DNA from: Macrostomum lignano
Taxonomy: Eukaryota
Length of the DNA: 64,000 bases
Assembly (NCBI GenBank): GCA_002269645.1
Contig: NIVC01000164.1
Span: forward strand, 186,001-250,000
Direction: 5' to 3'
How positions within the stretch are numbered: the first letter of the stretch is position 1; every line of letters starts with the position of its first letter. Both the position numbers and the translations under genes were made by a program. Under the pieces are notes generated by a model that saw nothing but the letters and a program-made list of their open reading frames with translations, made no database searches and had not been told where the DNA came from. Below are positions 60,184 to 64,000 of this stretch, piece after piece.

Positions 60184-60516
60184 TAGTTTACCCCCAATCT
60201 TTCGAAAGAGGCTGGAGCACACCTTAAGCGGCGATAATTACCGCCCATCTCCGTCTGCTCTCTGAACCTTCTCCTTATATTTAAAATACTTAGGAGCTTG
60301 GCTGCACATTGCCACCGTGTCTTCAAGCTTTTTACCATCGAACCATAGGTTCGCGGACGAAGTCCGATTGGGAAGAGGAGTTACCTCTGTTCCTTCAAAA
60401 GATTTCTCAATTGAAGTGGTACTTGAAGCTGTATGACGGGTTTCACGCAATTTGGAGATGTCGCCACAAATAGTGACTAGCAAGGACATTGCCTTCCTCA
60501 CTCAGGCCACGGGTTA
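60184..60516 (-). ncRNA. Group I intron, subgroup IC1-like, 333 nt, no internal homing endonuclease
   Basis: P element AAATTGCG; Q TGCAGCCAAG; R GTTCAGAGAGCA; S TAAGGTGTGCTCC; P3 CATCTCC/GGAGATG; P7 G-a-GAGCA/TGCTCC; P1 with U.G at the 5' splice site; removal restores NFTG|PGT. Confidence 0.9.
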
Positions 60517-60642
60517 ACCTGTGAAGTTCATTGATGGTAGGTGTAGTTCCCCTGTATATTTACCAGTAGTAAAGATTGGTGGTAAGCTTGTTAATCCTTT
60601 TTGAACATCTAAAAATCCTCCTTCAAATACTATTTGGTTCAT
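60517..60642 (-). CDS. PLA2X-integrase fusion, exon 1 (42 aa)
   Basis: TAAAAATG start at 60642; MNQIVFEGGFLDVQKGL...GELHLPSMNFTG, the N-terminal half of the PLA2X ELHLP..N..GPGT motif; missed by the ORF track. Confidence 0.88.
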
Positions 60643-61126
60643 TTTTAATGTTTAAAAAACATGTTTCTATCAATTTAATAATTTCTAAATATTGGCCACC
60701 ATATAAAAAATTTAAAGCAAATTCCCCAGTTAACAAGGTAACTCCATTATCAAATACTTTTTGTACGGGGTTTTTAGTAGTATTATTAATGCAAATATAA
60801 TATAAATCAAATTCGGGATTAACATATTTAAATTCTAATAACTTTTGAATATTTCTAAATCGACTTGATGAATTATCTGTGTTATCAGAAGATTTTAACT
60901 CTAACGCAACTTTTCTTTCTGTATGAATTAAATCAATTTTATTTACTTTTTCAAAACCAAAATGTTTAATAGCTAATAATTCATAAAGAGATCCAAGTTT
61001 CATTTGTATTGTTTTAATATGGTTTGCAATTATTAATTCATCTTGAAATATTTTATTCAGTATTCTGTCAGAACCAACTTTATCACAAATAGGCTTACAA
61101 AGGTGGTCTTTTATTGTTTCATCCAT
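60623..61126 (-). CDS. PD-(D/E)xK nuclease, type II restriction-enzyme-like
   Basis: LGSLYE...KIDLI...ALELKSSDNTDNSSS: E..D..ExK spacing; NT.NSSS recalls Eco47II-family enzymes (from memory, not searched). Confidence 0.65.
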   Translation of the reverse strand: MDETIKDHLCKPICDKVGSDRILNKIFQDELIIANHIKTIQMKLGSLYELLAIKHFGFEKVNKIDLIHTERKVALELKSSDNTDNSSSRFRNIQKLLEFKYVNPEFDLYYICINNTTKNPVQKVFDNGVTLLTGEFALNFLYGGQYLEIIKLIETCFLNIKNEPNSI

Positions 61127-61153
61127 TTTATAAAAAATAAATTTAACAATTAA

Positions 61154-61837
61154 TTAAACACCAGTATGTCCAGCAGCTTTCGCAGCAGCTAAAACAAGTT
61201 TTCTAGGAGTTTTAAATCCATCACCAACAGCTGGTTTGTTATTTATAGAATTAACAATCCATTTATACAAGCTGGTATTTTTAACAGCTCCTCCTAAATC
61301 ATCATAAAAAATTCTAGCACTTACTAAATCATTCTTAGTATAAAAATCAGGGTTAAACTTAACCCTAGGGTTAGTAATAATTCTATATGCTCCGCCCAAT
61401 TCTCTATATAGTTCATTTCGATCTTTATCAACGTTACCAATTCGGTAATTATTATTACCTAAATCTGTCACAGCAATACTAGCTGGTACTCTTGGAAATT
61501 GTTTAACTTCTTCACCCCTTTCTGCAGCCCTAATCTCTGCACGTCTAATCTCTGCAACTCTCAATTGAGCTTGATCAACATCATAAGCAGGCGGCTCATC
61601 CAAAATTTCATCCTCTTTTGGCTCAGTATTTGTAGCAATTTTTTCCAGAAGATCTTTATCTGTTTTTTCTAGTTCACTAATTTTCCCAGTAATAGGATTA
61701 ACAAAAGGAGCAGCAAATCTTTCGCCAGCTAATTGTATTCCTAACTTTCTTTTTTGTAAATTTCTAACAAAATCAGAATATCTTTGCTTCTCTTTATAAA
61801 TCGCTAACTCTCCATCAACGTCCATAAATTGACTCAT
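61154..61837 (-). CDS. Polinton hypothetical protein (227 aa)
   Basis: Intact ORF with TAAAAAATG start, same codon style as neighbours; contains PPAY. Confidence 0.75.
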   Translation of the reverse strand: MSQFMDVDGELAIYKEKQRYSDFVRNLQKRKLGIQLAGERFAAPFVNPITGKISELEKTDKDLLEKIATNTEPKEDEILDEPPAYDVDQAQLRVAEIRRAEIRAAERGEEVKQFPRVPASIAVTDLGNNNYRIGNVDKDRNELYRELGGAYRIITNPRVKFNPDFYTKNDLVSARIFYDDLGGAVKNTSLYKWIVNSINNKPAVGDGFKTPRKLVLAAAKAAGHTGV

Positions 61838-61871
61838 TTTTTAACATAAAAAACTTTTTTAACTTAAAAAA

Positions 61872-63350
61872 ATGGCTGAAACAAAAACTATGTGGAGTGA
61901 TAAATTTCATTTCAAAAAGCACCGACAGTATATTAATGAGGTCAGAGCAAGAGATTTAAATTATACCCTACCAACAAGTGATAATTCAAATAACTTTACT
62001 ACTGGAACGGTAACTTTTGACATCGGCGCAACCAACACTATATTGGATATGAAAAATGCGTTTTTCCGCGTTAGATGGTTGTATACTAGAAATGATGGAA
62101 CTGCTCTTGCAGCCGGAGATATCGCAGATCGATCCGGAATAATAATAGAAAATGATTGGTTTTATAAATGTTTTTCCCAAGCTCAACTAACTGTTAATGG
62201 TGCTGAGGTTGAGACATCATCAAACCCCGCAGAGATTAATGGAGTTTTGAAACATTTAAATTATACTTATTTATCAAAACAAGTTGGTGATAATGTTGGG
62301 TGGATGCCGGATAAAGGTAACGGTCAAGCAGTAGTTTTCCCTAATGTACAAAACGCAGCCGGTGCAGATACTGCAGCGCTAATTGTTTACCTTAATACAA
62401 ACATAGTTCCAGTTGTAACCACTATGACTAATACAAAAGATATTAATACTGGTTTTATAGATCGTCAGAATAAATTCCCAGTCGCGGTTTTAACCACAGC
62501 AACAGCATATGAGCAGGACTTTTCAATCTTTCCACTATTTGGGTTTTTCTCACCAAATCGGGTATGGAAAGGATTAAAATTTGGGATACAGTTGCAAATA
62601 TCTGGTGGATATCAGCCTAGGATACTTTATGGAACCTCAATTTCAACCGATATAGCAGTTCGTATAGATTCAATTCAATTACTCGTAGTCGTACCAACTA
62701 TTGAGGTAACAGCCCCACTTTTAAAACACATCGATAATCAGTTAACGCATGATCAGGAAATATTTTATTTGAATCGTCGACATTTTATGCGAACCATTAA
62801 TAATAACCAGGATTCATTCCAGTGGCAAATACTGACATCAAAACGTCGGGTGAGATATATTTTTGTTTGGTTTAAGATAACAAATAGAAGGAGTAAAAGA
62901 GCAAATGGGGATTTATATTGGCTTCAATCCGGTGCCATAGCAGAACAAGCAGCCACCGCAACAGACAATGCGGCTGCAGCTATTAACGAGTTTAATGTTC
63001 AGAATATCCGCCTGCAGGTTGATGATCAATATTATCCGGTTAAAGACCCCCTAAATTTAAATATAGCAAATAATAATGTTAATGATTTTATAAAATATTA
63101 TCAAGATTATGCTAAAAATGAAGCGTATGCCGTCCCTCAGTACACACCCACAGAGTTTCTAAACATTCATCCAGTGGTTGTTTATGATCTAACGGCACAG
63201 AAAGAAAACGTAGCCAATATTGGACTTAATTATATGTTAGAGATTAATAAAACTGGTAATCAGGCACTTGACGCCCACGTATTGTTTCTAGAGGAATATA
63301 TGTCAATTGCTAAAGCTGATGGCACGATTGTTCGGGACGCCCCGCTGTAA
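61872..63350 (+). CDS. Polinton major capsid protein (double jelly-roll)
   Basis: 492 aa; VTFDI....LD..NAFFRV and NDWFYKCFSQAQLTVNGAEVE patterns typical of Polinton/adintovirus MCP; lies next to the ATPase. Confidence 0.82.
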   Translation: MAETKTMWSDKFHFKKHRQYINEVRARDLNYTLPTSDNSNNFTTGTVTFDIGATNTILDMKNAFFRVRWLYTRNDGTALAAGDIADRSGIIIENDWFYKCFSQAQLTVNGAEVETSSNPAEINGVLKHLNYTYLSKQVGDNVGWMPDKGNGQAVVFPNVQNAAGADTAALIVYLNTNIVPVVTTMTNTKDINTGFIDRQNKFPVAVLTTATAYEQDFSIFPLFGFFSPNRVWKGLKFGIQLQISGGYQPRILYGTSISTDIAVRIDSIQLLVVVPTIEVTAPLLKHIDNQLTHDQEIFYLNRRHFMRTINNNQDSFQWQILTSKRRVRYIFVWFKITNRRSKRANGDLYWLQSGAIAEQAATATDNAAAAINEFNVQNIRLQVDDQYYPVKDPLNLNIANNNVNDFIKYYQDYAKNEAYAVPQYTPTEFLNIHPVVVYDLTAQKENVANIGLNYMLEINKTGNQALDAHVLFLEEYMSIAKADGTIVRDAPL

Positions 63351-63399
63351 GCGGCGCAGGTCTCCGACCGTCGCGCCTATTTAAATTATTTCTTTAAAA

Positions 63400-64000
63400 A
63401 TGGTAAAGGCAAAACACGATAAGATATTTCCAAATGATCCTTTTCTTTGTTTAGTAATCGGAGGGTCGGGTAAAGGAAAAACACACTTTGTTTACGATTT
63501 ATTAACAACAGATGGAATGTTAGACTATAATAATTTAATAATTTATACTAATAAACCTAGAATAAAATATTATGAATTTCTTAAACATGGATTAAAAAAC
63601 AAATTAAAAAAAGATGTCTTGTTTAGAATGTTAAGAGCATATGAGCAATATGAGGATGATGACGAACCGCGATTTACACTCGATGACATTGAGGATTTAT
63701 GTAAAACAATGGCACAACAGCCAGAAAACATCACCGAACGAGCCCCAACTGTTAGAGTATCAACCCGATTAGCCTATGATCAAATTCCAAAACATGATAA
63801 AACACTAATTATTTTTGATGATTGTATTAATGACGGTGATCAAGAATTGCAAAAGGAAATTTTTGTTAGTGGTAGAGGAGATGGAATTGGAGCTTTTTAT
63901 CTAACACAGTCCTTTAGAGAATTAGAATCGATTATAAAAAAGAATGCAAGTTGTTGTGTAATGTTTGATTTAGATAATTATGATTTACAAAATATACACG
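63400..64000 (+). CDS. A32/FtsK-like packaging ATPase (partial, runs off the window)
   Basis: Hand-translated: Walker A GGSGKGKT, Walker B LIIFDD, SGRGDG, FYLTQS; absent from the ORF track because no stop lies in the window. Confidence 0.92.
   Translation, partial: MVKAKHDKIFPNDPFLCLVIGGSGKGKTHFVYDLLTTDGMLDYNNLIIYTNKPRIKYYEFLKHGLKNKLKKDVLFRMLRAYEQYEDDDEPRFTLDDIEDLCKTMAQQPENITERAPTVRVSTRLAYDQIPKHDKTLIIFDDCINDGDQELQKEIFVSGRGDGIGAFYLTQSFRELESIIKKNASCCVMFDLDNYDLQNIH

Larger units (their letters stand above)
58113..64000. mobile_element. Polinton/Maverick (adintovirus-like) endogenous DNA virus, left part
   Basis: AGTAGT terminus; abrupt switch to AT-rich, intron-free, tightly packed ORFs: rve integrase, PLA2X, major capsid, A32-type ATPase. 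Confidence 0.93.

Noticed and set aside
60184-60222. GTG start at 60222 for the integrase ORF
   Set aside because: The first 13 codons are intron sequence; the true N-terminus is the 42-aa exon starting at ATG 60642.
60238-60501. 87-aa ORF from the track as a gene or intron-encoded endonuclease
   Set aside because: It lies wholly over the ribozyme core, has no nuclease motif and lacks the TAAAATG start used by all real viral genes.
60184-60516. Insert interpreted as a spliceosomal intron or piggyBac element
   Set aside because: The only GT donor (ACAG|GTTAAC) has no in-phase AG acceptor. TTAA-CCC at one end has no matching GGG-TTAA or TIR at the other. Group I pairings explain the whole sequence.
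58113-64000. Bacterial/phage contamination or chimeric contig
   Set aside because: Gene content is Polinton-type, and the junction is a clean AGTAGT terminus within a mariner ORF. Read-level confirmation is still desirable.

Overview
Eukaryotic (animal) genomic DNA with GC-rich spliceosomal exons and introns filled by tandem repeats. The style suggests the flatworm Macrostomum, but that is an inference. Host genes reconstructed by hand: an Mx/dynamin-like GTPase (minus strand, runs off the left edge), an LSM12-like gene, NDUFAF1/CIA30, a FAM162-like gene, a 9-exon ACAD10 spanning 25 kb, and an intronless ankyrin/SOCS-box gene nested antisense in ACAD10 intron 8. Mobile DNA: an internally inverted Mag-clade Gypsy element with a 5-bp TSD, a MITE with an 8-bp TSD, a tRNA-derived SINE, a fold-back element, and a decayed mariner interrupted at 58113 by an AT-rich Polinton/Maverick (adintovirus-like) element. 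That element carries an integrase, major capsid protein, packaging ATPase and a PD-(D/E)xK nuclease, and runs off the right edge. Main discovery: a 333-nt subgroup IC1 group I (self-splicing type) intron at 60184-60516 (minus). P1, P3, P5abc, P6-P9.0 and P10 pairings are recognisable. It interrupts the Ca-binding GPG loop of a parvovirus-type PLA2 domain fused to the Polinton integrase, ends in A rather than the canonical omega-G, and sits next to a free-standing nuclease gene. All calls were made by eye; no database searches were run.
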